This document shows, in pieces, positions 28,565 to 37,457 of a stretch of DNA of 64,000 bases. Under the pieces are notes generated by a model. That model ran no database searches. It had not been told where the DNA came from and saw only the letters and a program-made list of their open reading frames with translations. This DNA comes from an uncultured Desulfosarcina sp. (GTDB taxonomy: Bacteria > Desulfobacterota > Desulfobacteria > Desulfobacterales > Desulfosarcinaceae). A program made the position numbers and the translations under genes. Position 1 is the stretch's first letter, and every line of letters begins with the position of its first letter. Location of the stretch: assembly GCA_963674945.2 (NCBI GenBank), contig CAXXWQ010000003.1:2556931-2620930 (forward strand), in the 5' to 3' direction.

Positions 28565-30243
28565 TAGTTACCTTCTCCCGGTCCCCATGCAGCCTTGAGG
28601 ATATTGCCGCCGATCCTGGAGATGATCAGCAAAAGGACAAAGGTGATGACGATCATCAAAAAGGCCATGGCAGCGGCGATGCCGAACTCCATGCCGCGGT
28701 GCCAGTTCAGGTAGATACCGATGGGCAAGGTCTCCCATCCGCCCCGGTAGAGGAAAATGGCGGTGGATATCTCCTGGAAGGCCATGATGAAAAACATGAT
28801 CACGCCCACCAGCACGCCCTTTAACAGAAGCGGCAGGGAAATGTAGACGAATGTCCTGAATTTGCCCGCGCCCGACACTTCCGAGGCCTCTTCCAGGCTG
28901 CTGTCCAGTTGCAGGTAGGATGAGTGGGCCATGCGCAAAAAGTAGGGCAACCGGCGGGCAAACAGGGCAAGGGGCATGATGATCCAATGGGTCGCCAGGG
29001 GGATCCCCTTCCAGAAGGCCAGCAGATAGCTCACCCCCACGGCCATGCCCGGAAAGGCCAGCATGAGGGTGATGACAAAGTCGAGGGCATCTTTGCCCGG
29101 CGCGCGTGTTCGCACCACCAGGTAGGCCGTGGGCAGGCCGAAGGCGATTCCGAAGAGAAGGGCCAGTCCGCTGAAGAGAAAGGAATTTTTAATCAGCAGG
29201 GGCGTTTCCAGTATGATGGCCCTGAAGTTGTCCAGGGTCCAATAAGTGGGAAATGGTTCAAACACCCACCTTCTGGAAAAGGCCGCAAGGCCGAGCACTA
29301 CGGGAATCAGCAGCACGAGGATGGCGATGAAGATCATATATCCGTAGGCACTGGTTTTTAGCAGCGGCCCCGGCTCCAAAACCCGACCTTCGGAGGTCGT
29401 CCCCTTGGACAACCCGGTGTACTTTCGTTTTTCCACGGCCCAGCGGGCGAGCAGAAAGAGGCTGATGCAAACCAGTGACGACACTACCACCGCCACGATG
29501 CCCATGTACTTTCGGTGCATATCCGTGAAGTGATAGGCGATGTTGATATAGGCCACGGACGGCAGAAAGTCCACCTGGCCCAGAATCAGCGGCGTCAACC
29601 AATCCGTAAAGGGCCATAGAAAGACGATGACGGCGCCGGCCAGGTAATTGGGGGTGCAAAGTGGCAGGCTGATGGTCATAAACCGCCTGAAATTGCTGGC
29701 GCCCTCCACCTCCGCGGCTTCTTCGAAAGAGGGATCGATGTTGGTGAACCCGGCGGTCAGGCTCAGAACGATAAAGGGTAGCATGTGCAGCGCCTGGACG
29801 AACACCACCCCGTGCAGGCCGTAAATGAAATTGATGGGCTGTTGGATCAGCCCGAAATCCATCAGCAGCAGATTGAGGGTACCGTATTTTCCGAAGAAGA
29901 TGATGAAGGCAAATACGCCCGCATAGGCCGGCAGCACGATGGGAAGCAGAATCAGGGCCGTAAAGACGGTCTTTCCATACTGGCGGTAACGCGCAAGAAT
30001 GTAGGCCAAGGGAATGCCGAACACCGTGGTCGTGATCAGCACCAGCAAACTCAAGAGAAGGGTATTGCCGAAGGTTTTCAGGTAGTAGCCGTCTTTGAAG
30101 AATCCCAGATAGTTGGATATGCCCCAGCCGCCGGTTTCGGCGATCTTGAAGCTCTCGAGCACCAGAAAGGAGAGCGGATAGATCACGAGAAAGGCCACCA
30201 CCGACCAGAGGATGAGCGAAAGGGTAAAGTTGTTTCTGGGCAT
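28564..30243 (-). CDS. ABC transporter permease, two-domain FbpB/AfuB type
   Basis: Two EAA loops (FEEAAEVEGA, LEEASEVSGA), about 12 TM helices; start moved to ATG 30243. Confidence 0.93.
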   Translation of the reverse strand: MPRNNFTLSLILWSVVAFLVIYPLSFLVLESFKIAETGGWGISNYLGFFKDGYYLKTFGNTLLLSLLVLITTTVFGIPLAYILARYRQYGKTVFTALILLPIVLPAYAGVFAFIIFFGKYGTLNLLLMDFGLIQQPINFIYGLHGVVFVQALHMLPFIVLSLTAGFTNIDPSFEEAAEVEGASNFRRFMTISLPLCTPNYLAGAVIVFLWPFTDWLTPLILGQVDFLPSVAYINIAYHFTDMHRKYMGIVAVVVSSLVCISLFLLARWAVEKRKYTGLSKGTTSEGRVLEPGPLLKTSAYGYMIFIAILVLLIPVVLGLAAFSRRWVFEPFPTYWTLDNFRAIILETPLLIKNSFLFSGLALLFGIAFGLPTAYLVVRTRAPGKDALDFVITLMLAFPGMAVGVSYLLAFWKGIPLATHWIIMPLALFARRLPYFLRMAHSSYLQLDSSLEEASEVSGAGKFRTFVYISLPLLLKGVLVGVIMFFIMAFQEISTAIFLYRGGWETLPIGIYLNWHRGMEFGIAAAMAFLMIVITFVLLLIISRIGGNILKAAWGPGEGN

Positions 30244-30250
30244 CACGAAT

Positions 30251-30379
30251 CCTTCGACCGTGTTCAAAGTCAAGGCGGGGCGAGATGGCCAACCGCAGGA
30301 ATACTACTGGTATTTTGAGGATTGGCCTGCTCGCCCCAACGCTGGATTTGGGCGCGAGGGGAGGTTTTTGAAACGACTT
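30251..30379. repeat. Hairpin element (intergenic family)
   Basis: TCAAGGC-GGGGCGAGATGGCCAA-CCGCAGG-AATAC..GTATT-TTGAGGA-TTGGCCTGCTCGCCCC-AACGC. Confidence 0.8.
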
Positions 30380-31681
30380 CTATGGTTTGGCCAGCAAGTT
30401 GCGGGCCTGCGTGGCCGTCAGACGGGCAGCCGCATAGTTTCCGTCCACTTCGAAAAGCTTGCGTGCCTCATTGATCTTGGCCTCTGCCTTGCCCGCCTTC
30501 ATCTTCATGGCCTTGGCCGCATCGACTTCGCCCTCTACTTCTTCGATAAGGCGCAGGCTGTTCTTGAGTTCGTTCCACTTGCGGTAGATTTCGTATTCAA
30601 AGGTGCGGTTGACATCGTCCCAGCGTTTTGTGGCCAGATCCAGATCGTATTCGATGAATCCGACATCCAGATCCCAGAAGGAGTCGACGCCCAGGGCGCC
30701 TTTGGCATGTTTGGCCATGCCTACACCCTCTTTTTCCCATTGGGAAAACTTGATGTCCGTACGGGCGGCAAAGTATCCGCCTTCCAGGACGTACTTCTGG
30801 CCTTCCATGCTGAAGAGCCAGTCCAGAAAAATCTTTCCGATTTTGGCATTGGGAGCGTTTTTCAACAGCGCCACCGCCTCGGGTACCAGGATGGTCTTGT
30901 CCGGCAGCAGGTCGCTGACCGGATAACCGTCCCGGCGCGCAACCATTGCGTTCATCTGCGGCTGTGCCAGTCCGATGGGCGATTCCCCACGGTTGACGAT
31001 CTGGGTGGTGTCGGTACTACCGGTTGAAAATCGGTCCAACTGGGCTGCCAACAAACGGAGATATGCCCATCCCTCCTTCTCTCCCATGCTCTGCAGGATG
31101 ATTTCCACGGTTTCGTGCATGGTACCCGAGGCATAGGGCAGGGTCGTGACGATGTTGCCCCGATAGATGGGGTTGAGCAACTCCTTCCAGGTTTTGGGCG
31201 GAGGCAGCTTCAGGGCTTTGAGGACCTTCTGGTTGTAGAGGTTGGTAACAATCCAGGGGGCAAAGCATGTCCAGTAATCATCCTTGTCCTTCACCTTCAT
31301 GCCGTGCCAGTCCAGCGGAACCTTGTCCCAGTCCTTGGGCCGGTAAGGCACAATGAGTCCTTCCTGCTTAAGGACTTCATGGGCCGGCGCGCCGGCTCCG
31401 AGGAAGATATCCGCATCCGGCTTGTCCCCCCATGTTCGTACCTTATCCAGACAGACCGGCCAGCCGCCGGGCCGCACGAAGGTGATTTCTACTTCTTTTC
31501 CGTACGTCTCTTTGTAATATGCACTGAATCCCCGGGTGAGACTGTCGGAGAGTTCTTTATACACAGGTCCCACCCATCCGATCTTGTCAGCTGCCATGGT
31601 TTGCGTTGAAAATGACGGCACGATCAACAGCGCCGCCAGAACCCCTGTCAAAAAAGCAGAGACCACAAGTCGCCTTTTCAT
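30380..31681 (-). CDS. ABC transporter substrate-binding protein (Fbp/Afu/TbpA-like)
   Basis: Signal peptide MKRRLVV..TMAA, ADIFLG, PKTWKELLNP.Y.G, AVALLKNAPN...FLDWLFS.EGQ. Confidence 0.9.
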   Translation of the reverse strand: MKRRLVVSAFLTGVLAALLIVPSFSTQTMAADKIGWVGPVYKELSDSLTRGFSAYYKETYGKEVEITFVRPGGWPVCLDKVRTWGDKPDADIFLGAGAPAHEVLKQEGLIVPYRPKDWDKVPLDWHGMKVKDKDDYWTCFAPWIVTNLYNQKVLKALKLPPPKTWKELLNPIYRGNIVTTLPYASGTMHETVEIILQSMGEKEGWAYLRLLAAQLDRFSTGSTDTTQIVNRGESPIGLAQPQMNAMVARRDGYPVSDLLPDKTILVPEAVALLKNAPNAKIGKIFLDWLFSMEGQKYVLEGGYFAARTDIKFSQWEKEGVGMAKHAKGALGVDSFWDLDVGFIEYDLDLATKRWDDVNRTFEYEIYRKWNELKNSLRLIEEVEGEVDAAKAMKMKAGKAEAKINEARKLFEVDGNYAAARLTATQARNLLAKP

Positions 31682-31861
31682 CTTGCCCCCTTTGTTGTGT
31701 GTGTTTCTATAGGGTGGAGAATTTTCGGAAAGCGGGGCAGAAAAGCCCCTTTTACAGTCGGATGCAACAAGTATGTCAGTAGTGCCGACTCGTGTCAATA
31801 TTGAAGGTATGCTGCCGCAGGCGAACCGAATCTGGATCGATTTTATAATTTCTTAATCTTC

Positions 31862-31915
31862 TTGACAATATTTAGTTTATTGAATAAACTTTTTGGTATA
31901 TTCAGTAAACTAAAT
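31862..31915 (+). promoter_or_regulatory. Sigma70-type promoter overlapped by a 17-bp inverted repeat operator
   Basis: TTGACA(31862)-N17-TAAACT(31885); ATTTAGTTTATTGAATA (31870) vs TATTCAGTAAACTAAAT (31899), 16/17. Confidence 0.7.
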
Positions 31916-32058
31916 TATTGATGTAACCGTTATTTTTCGCAGCCAAAATCTGCTCGATGCTATTCTGATTTATAACTTTTCACATTGTCAGACTTTTTAC
32001 GGTTACTGCCGGATACCGTTTCATTTGATCGCAAGTACGTAATTGGAGGGTACCGAAG

Positions 32059-33396
32059 ATGAGACCAGTCAGGAGATTACAGGCTGATGTGATTATCGCA
32101 GGGGGAGGGCCTGGGGGGTGTGTCCTTGCCAAAGATCTGACCCGGCGGGGGAAAAAGGTCATCCTCGTGGAAAAGGGAAGAAATGACATGAAGGGTTACG
32201 GCAGTTTGTGGGGCCCGATCATGGGAAAACATGTAGAGTCCGGTCCGGGACTGGATCCGAGAAAGAGAACCATCGAGGGCGACACAATTATCTGCGGAAC
32301 GGGTGTTGGGGGAGGATCAAAAATATATGTAGGCGCGGCCTTTACACCCGATGAAGCCGCATGGAAAGATGCGGGCGTCGATCTCGGTCCCTTTGTCCAT
32401 GCCGCCATGGCAGAATCATGGGTAAACGAGGTTCCCGATGAGTTTTACGGCCCTGTAAATCGCCGTCTTACCGAAACGGCAAACCTGCTCGGCCATCCCT
32501 GGAAACGGTTCACCAAGCATATCGATTACAACAAATGTGACCCAAATTGCCAAAAATGTTTCCTTGGATGCACCAGGGGTGCCAAATGGGGGGGGCAGTA
32601 TCCTGCGAATGAGGCGGAAAAAGAGGGAGCCACCATACTTACCGGACTCACCGTGAGAGATGTCATCTCGGAAAACGGCGTAGCCGTCGGAATACGAGGA
32701 CGGCATCGAAACGGAGAACCGTACGAAATCCATGGCGAGATCGTCATCCTGGCAGCCGGCGGGATCGGCACCGCCAACATATTGCAGCGGTCGGGCGTAT
32801 ATAATGCCGGAATGTTGCTTGCCGGCGACCCGTCGCTCATGATGTGCGGCTTTCTTGATAAGGAACCGGGCCATTATAATGAGCATCCGATGGTAAATGG
32901 ACATATGGATGATGAGCGTGGCGTTATTATTGCCGGCGGTTTTCCAGGCCCTCGCACTTTATGGCTATTCACATTTTCGGAATACGAGGGAATATGGAAA
33001 ACGATCAGAAAGATCGGCCGCTATAAAACGGTGGTCGGCGCATGGACCAAAACACACGATGATGGACTGGGGCGAGTCAGCCTCGATGGCAGTATTTCAA
33101 AAACCTTCACTACACCTGACTGGAAGAAACTGGATTATTCCAGATCGGTCATAGAAAGCATTCTCATCAAGATGGGGTGCGACCCCTACAATATCCTTCA
33201 GGGAAAAATCATCATCGGTCATCCAAGCGGAACCGCTCCGATTGGCAAGGTCGTGGACACGAATCTACAGACGCCGATCAAGAACCTGTATTGCTGTGAC
33301 ACCAGCGTCTCACCGGGAGCACCCGGCAGGCCACCTACCCTCACAATCGTCACCCTTGCCAAACGTCTGGCGGCACATCTGGAGAATAAAATTTAA
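32059..33396 (+). CDS. GMC-family FAD oxidoreductase
   Basis: GGGPGG Rossmann, GTGVGGGS, CDPNCQKCFLGC, LAAGGIGT, GHPSGT, DTSVSPGAPGRPPTLT. Confidence 0.88.
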   Translation: MRPVRRLQADVIIAGGGPGGCVLAKDLTRRGKKVILVEKGRNDMKGYGSLWGPIMGKHVESGPGLDPRKRTIEGDTIICGTGVGGGSKIYVGAAFTPDEAAWKDAGVDLGPFVHAAMAESWVNEVPDEFYGPVNRRLTETANLLGHPWKRFTKHIDYNKCDPNCQKCFLGCTRGAKWGGQYPANEAEKEGATILTGLTVRDVISENGVAVGIRGRHRNGEPYEIHGEIVILAAGGIGTANILQRSGVYNAGMLLAGDPSLMMCGFLDKEPGHYNEHPMVNGHMDDERGVIIAGGFPGPRTLWLFTFSEYEGIWKTIRKIGRYKTVVGAWTKTHDDGLGRVSLDGSISKTFTTPDWKKLDYSRSVIESILIKMGCDPYNILQGKIIIGHPSGTAPIGKVVDTNLQTPIKNLYCCDTSVSPGAPGRPPTLTIVTLAKRLAAHLENKI

Positions 33397-33459
33397 AATT
33401 CACATATATTGCCAAAAAAGAATGAGAATGAATGCATTGAAAATAACGGAGGTTGAGAG

Positions 33460-33786
33460 ATGAGCGCACTGCAAGAACTGATTGACATAAGCAAAAGTGT
33501 TTCCAATCCAGCTATCGAGCAGTGGAAAACGGAAGGAAAGAAGATCGTCGGATTCTTCTGCCCCTATATCCCGGAGGAGGTTCTCTACGCAGCGGATGTA
33601 CTGCCTTACAGACTGAGAACTCCGGGATGTACCGAGACAACCTCGGCAGACGTCTACATGAGCAACATCAACTGCAGCCTCGTCCGTTCCTGTTTGCAGT
33701 ATATTCTTGAAGGCAAATACGATCTTCCCGATGCGTCGCCAAGCGTTCAGGCCGTTTCCAAATTACTGCAAAAAATAGCCTTATGA
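33460..33786 (+). pseudogene. Truncated 2-hydroxyacyl-CoA dehydratase subunit (HgdB/BcrC family)
   Basis: WKTEGKKIVGFFCPYIPEEVLYAA, NCSLVRSC, GKYD; only 108 aa, far shorter than full-length family members. Confidence 0.85.
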
Positions 33787-33827
33787 TATCTTACTCTTAT
33801 AGAGTAATATGGAGGAAATACGCCCAA

Positions 33828-36800
33828 ATGCGAGCCATCAGTCGATTTTCAACGCAATACCCGAAAACAATACTATTTCTCGTTTTTGTCATAACCGCTG
33901 TATCTATTTATCAGATTTATTCCAAGGCCTATGTTGAGACGGACATGACCAAATTTGTCCCCACTGATTTGCAGTCTGTCAAAGCCAATGACTATTATAG
34001 AAAGAATTTCAACTACAAAGAATCATTAATCATCGGTTTGGAAGCGAAAAACGGTCGCATCATGGAGCCGGATATACTCCGCGCCAATGAGAGTATTGTT
34101 CGGGATATCAAATCATTGAAAAAACGCAAAACCATAAAGAGCAAAATTACCGGTAAAACAGAAATCATAGCGTTGCCCATCGGAATCGATGGTGAAAATA
34201 TCAGCAGTATATCCGGATTGGAGGATGGGATACTGGATAGGGAAACAGGGGCTGTGATTACAGGAAGTGTAATCGCCAAATTAAAAAAAGAGGCTGGAAT
34301 TCCCTATACGAAAGAGAATGCTGAATTACTTCCTGAATCGGATGAAGATCTTAAGAAGATCATTCCGAGATTGGAACAATATATTCTCAATGATCGCCTT
34401 TTCAAAGGCAATATTCTTTCGGAGGACGGAAAAGCCACTTCCATTGTTGTACCCATGGTGAACAAATGGCAATATATGCAGCTTTATACACAAAGAGAGC
34501 TGACAGCTGCCATGGACCCTGATGCTTTGAGAGCGAGGTTTCAGGGAAAAACATCTGTTTTTCCTTTTGACGTCTTTGGAAAAACCATCGATAACGTTAT
34601 TTATGATGATACTTTCATCTCTAAACATTCAGCGAAAGTAGCGAAAAAGCTGAAGGAATATCTTGAAAAAGAATTGAAGCCTTCATTTGAAAACCACCCC
34701 AATTTAAAGGAATTGATGTCCGGAAACATCACGCCCGAAAAGTATAATGAGATTATTCGAACTACCCAGGATAAGAACTTTTTTATGAACCCAGACCTGG
34801 CCACCTGGGATAGTTATACCATCAAATTGTATGAATTCATGCTGGAAGTTATCGATCCTTTGAGTCGTGAAAACCTGCAATTTCAGTTGCCGGATGTGTA
34901 TGGGATATATAATTTTTTATATGTCTATGAACGAATTCAAAAAATCCTGGAAAAACATCAAAACGTCGGTATTAAAACCTATGTTGCGGGGCATCCTGTT
35001 GTTTCCGCCGTGATATCGCAGGTGATTAAAAAAGATATGTCGGTATTAATGCCCATCGGCTTTTTCTTAATACTCGTTACGCTGGCAATCAGTTTTAGAA
35101 ATGTCATGGGAGTTGTGATACCGTTAACCACAGTTGTATTGTCTGTCATCTGGTCTCTGGGCCTGTTTGTGTCGACAGGAACGCCAATCACCGCCGCAAC
35201 CTCAATGGTTCCGATCATTTTATTGGCTGTTGGAAGCGCCTATGGTATCCATTTTCTCAATCGGTATCAGGAAGATGCGAAAGATTCATCTGATCGCAGA
35301 CTGGTGTTGCGTCGAACCATAGAAGGAGTCGGAGCCGCCATCATCATGGCAGGACTGACGACGTTTGCCGGATTTATATCCCTTTCTTCGTCTTCGGTGT
35401 TAACCGTCCGGCATTTTTCTCTGGCAACCGCCTTTGGTATTTTGGTCGCCCTTTTGTTAACGCTTACACTGACACCCGCCATTCTCTGTTATTGGAAATC
35501 ACCCCACAAAACGATGAAAGAAAGCCAGGGCATTCATCAAACGGCAAGGTTTGATACCATATTGTCGCGTTGGTCAAAATGGCTGCTACATTCCCCTAAG
35601 AAGATTTTGGTGATTTTTGTCATTCTATCGATTTTTAACCTGATCTTGATGCAAAATCTGAGATTCGAAGGCAGTATCATGGAAGGGTTTAAGAAAGATA
35701 CCCAGATCCGGATGAGTGATGATTTTATCAATCGTTTCTTGTCAGGAACGGGGGAGATTAGCTTGCTTTTCAAGTTCAGAGATAATGTAAATCTTGATAA
35801 TTCTTGGGTTAGAAGCGAGTTGCGTACCCGAAGCCTTGATTTCAATCGTAGTTGGAAACTTCTGATACAAAAGGACGCCACGCTGGAACAATCCCGGATC
35901 AATGAAGTTGAACAGCGTATTGTTCGGTTTTCCGAAAACCCTGAAAAGGACGGAAATGAACTGGCTACATCAATCGCTCTCTTTAATGATATTCTCAATG
36001 AAGAATACATGGTTGAAATCGATCAGGAGAAAACCGTATCCGCGCAAACGCCAAAATCTGAAATCAATGCTCTGTCATCCAACGAAGGGGCTGAAGTCGG
36101 AGCTGATGAAAGCGGTCTTGGGGGGCTTGCGGATCTGGCGGAAACAAAGGAAAACGTTTTATCGAATGAAACCTCCGGGCCTTTTGCCGCCTATTCGTCA
36201 GGGCAGGTGAATGGAATTAAAAAAATAAACGAAAGACTTGGTTTGGCTGAATCAGCCTGGAAGGAAACGGGAAAAACGATTCTGGCGTTACGAGATTTCA
36301 AATCAACCGCCGATGGCAAGAAAATGATCCAGCGCTGGAACCTCCTGCAAGACCTGTTTGCGGCGGATATCAAACAACCGTATGTCCTGCGTAAACTAGA
36401 ATCGATCAGAGAGGCGTTGATTAACGTAAATGAGCCGCGCATAATGATTAACGGGGTGACTGTGCGGCCTACGGGCTCTGTGTTTGGCCCTGTCGATATG
36501 ATACGAAAAACCTATAGCGTTTTTTATCATGACGAAAATCCTGCATTCCAGAAAATTCCCGACGTCGAAAAAGATAATCTGGGAGACCCGACATTAACCG
36601 ACAGGAGTGTGATCGGGGTCGTTCTAAATCAGGTACAAAACGCCAGCCGGGACAGGTTTGAATCCATGATCAGTCCAAATCGTAAGGAGTTTCAATTTTC
36701 CGTTATGCTTCGAAGCAGTTTGACTTCGCATGCGGCCCCATATTTGAATGAAGTCAAAAATATTCTATCGCGGGAATTTCCCAAAGATGATCCCTATATT

Positions 36801-37382
36801 GCATCAGTCTCGGTTGGCGGACATTTGCCTGTCATAATGGAGATGAGTTATATCGTCTCAAAATCCCAAGTGAGCAGTATTGCCCAGGCAATGCTTTTTG
36901 TATTAATCATCACCTTTTTTATTTTTCGTTCTATCAGGGGAGGACTCTACTCATTAATTCCATTGGTTTTTACACTTCTTGCCAATTTTGGAATGATGAT
37001 AGCGCTTGGTTGGACAATCAATACAGCCACTGTAATGGTGGCTTCCATTTCCATTGGAATCGGCATTGACTATACGATTCACTTTCTGGAACGCTTTAAA
37101 TCGCATTTAAGAACCGGTGATGATTTTCACGATGCTTATTTCAATACCATTCGATCGGTCGGAAAAGCCATCCTTATTAACGCCGTTTCCGTATCCGCCG
37201 GATTTTTACTGCTTCTGACCTCAGATATTGGTGGCAACCGCTCTTTGGGATTGCTGATGGCCGGATCCATGGGATTCAGTTCTCTGGCAGCGCTGACGCT
37301 TTTACCGGCCCTAATTTTTGTCACCAAACCGAAATTTCTGGCCAACATCGTTGATAGGGCCCAAACAAACATTTGGAATTGA
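33828..37382 (+). CDS. MMPL/RND family transporter with large periplasmic insertions
   Basis: Two TM blocks, AVGSAYGIH, AGLTTFAGF, IGIGIDYTIH, LTLLPAL; GGAGG RBS before ATG 33828. Confidence 0.9.
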   Translation: MRAISRFSTQYPKTILFLVFVITAVSIYQIYSKAYVETDMTKFVPTDLQSVKANDYYRKNFNYKESLIIGLEAKNGRIMEPDILRANESIVRDIKSLKKRKTIKSKITGKTEIIALPIGIDGENISSISGLEDGILDRETGAVITGSVIAKLKKEAGIPYTKENAELLPESDEDLKKIIPRLEQYILNDRLFKGNILSEDGKATSIVVPMVNKWQYMQLYTQRELTAAMDPDALRARFQGKTSVFPFDVFGKTIDNVIYDDTFISKHSAKVAKKLKEYLEKELKPSFENHPNLKELMSGNITPEKYNEIIRTTQDKNFFMNPDLATWDSYTIKLYEFMLEVIDPLSRENLQFQLPDVYGIYNFLYVYERIQKILEKHQNVGIKTYVAGHPVVSAVISQVIKKDMSVLMPIGFFLILVTLAISFRNVMGVVIPLTTVVLSVIWSLGLFVSTGTPITAATSMVPIILLAVGSAYGIHFLNRYQEDAKDSSDRRLVLRRTIEGVGAAIIMAGLTTFAGFISLSSSSVLTVRHFSLATAFGILVALLLTLTLTPAILCYWKSPHKTMKESQGIHQTARFDTILSRWSKWLLHSPKKILVIFVILSIFNLILMQNLRFEGSIMEGFKKDTQIRMSDDFINRFLSGTGEISLLFKFRDNVNLDNSWVRSELRTRSLDFNRSWKLLIQKDATLEQSRINEVEQRIVRFSENPEKDGNELATSIALFNDILNEEYMVEIDQEKTVSAQTPKSEINALSSNEGAEVGADESGLGGLADLAETKENVLSNETSGPFAAYSSGQVNGIKKINERLGLAESAWKETGKTILALRDFKSTADGKKMIQRWNLLQDLFAADIKQPYVLRKLESIREALINVNEPRIMINGVTVRPTGSVFGPVDMIRKTYSVFYHDENPAFQKIPDVEKDNLGDPTLTDRSVIGVVLNQVQNASRDRFESMISPNRKEFQFSVMLRSSLTSHAAPYLNEVKNILSREFPKDDPYIASVSVGGHLPVIMEMSYIVSKSQVSSIAQAMLFVLIITFFIFRSIRGGLYSLIPLVFTLLANFGMMIALGWTINTATVMVASISIGIGIDYTIHFLERFKSHLRTGDDFHDAYFNTIRSVGKAILINAVSVSAGFLLLLTSDIGGNRSLGLLMAGSMGFSSLAALTLLPALIFVTKPKFLANIVDRAQTNIWN

Positions 37383-37457
37383 AAAGCTGATTTTCTCGAC
37401 CCGACATGATGGACGTAAAAACATCCCGGCACATAACTTAATTGAAGGATCTCGAAA

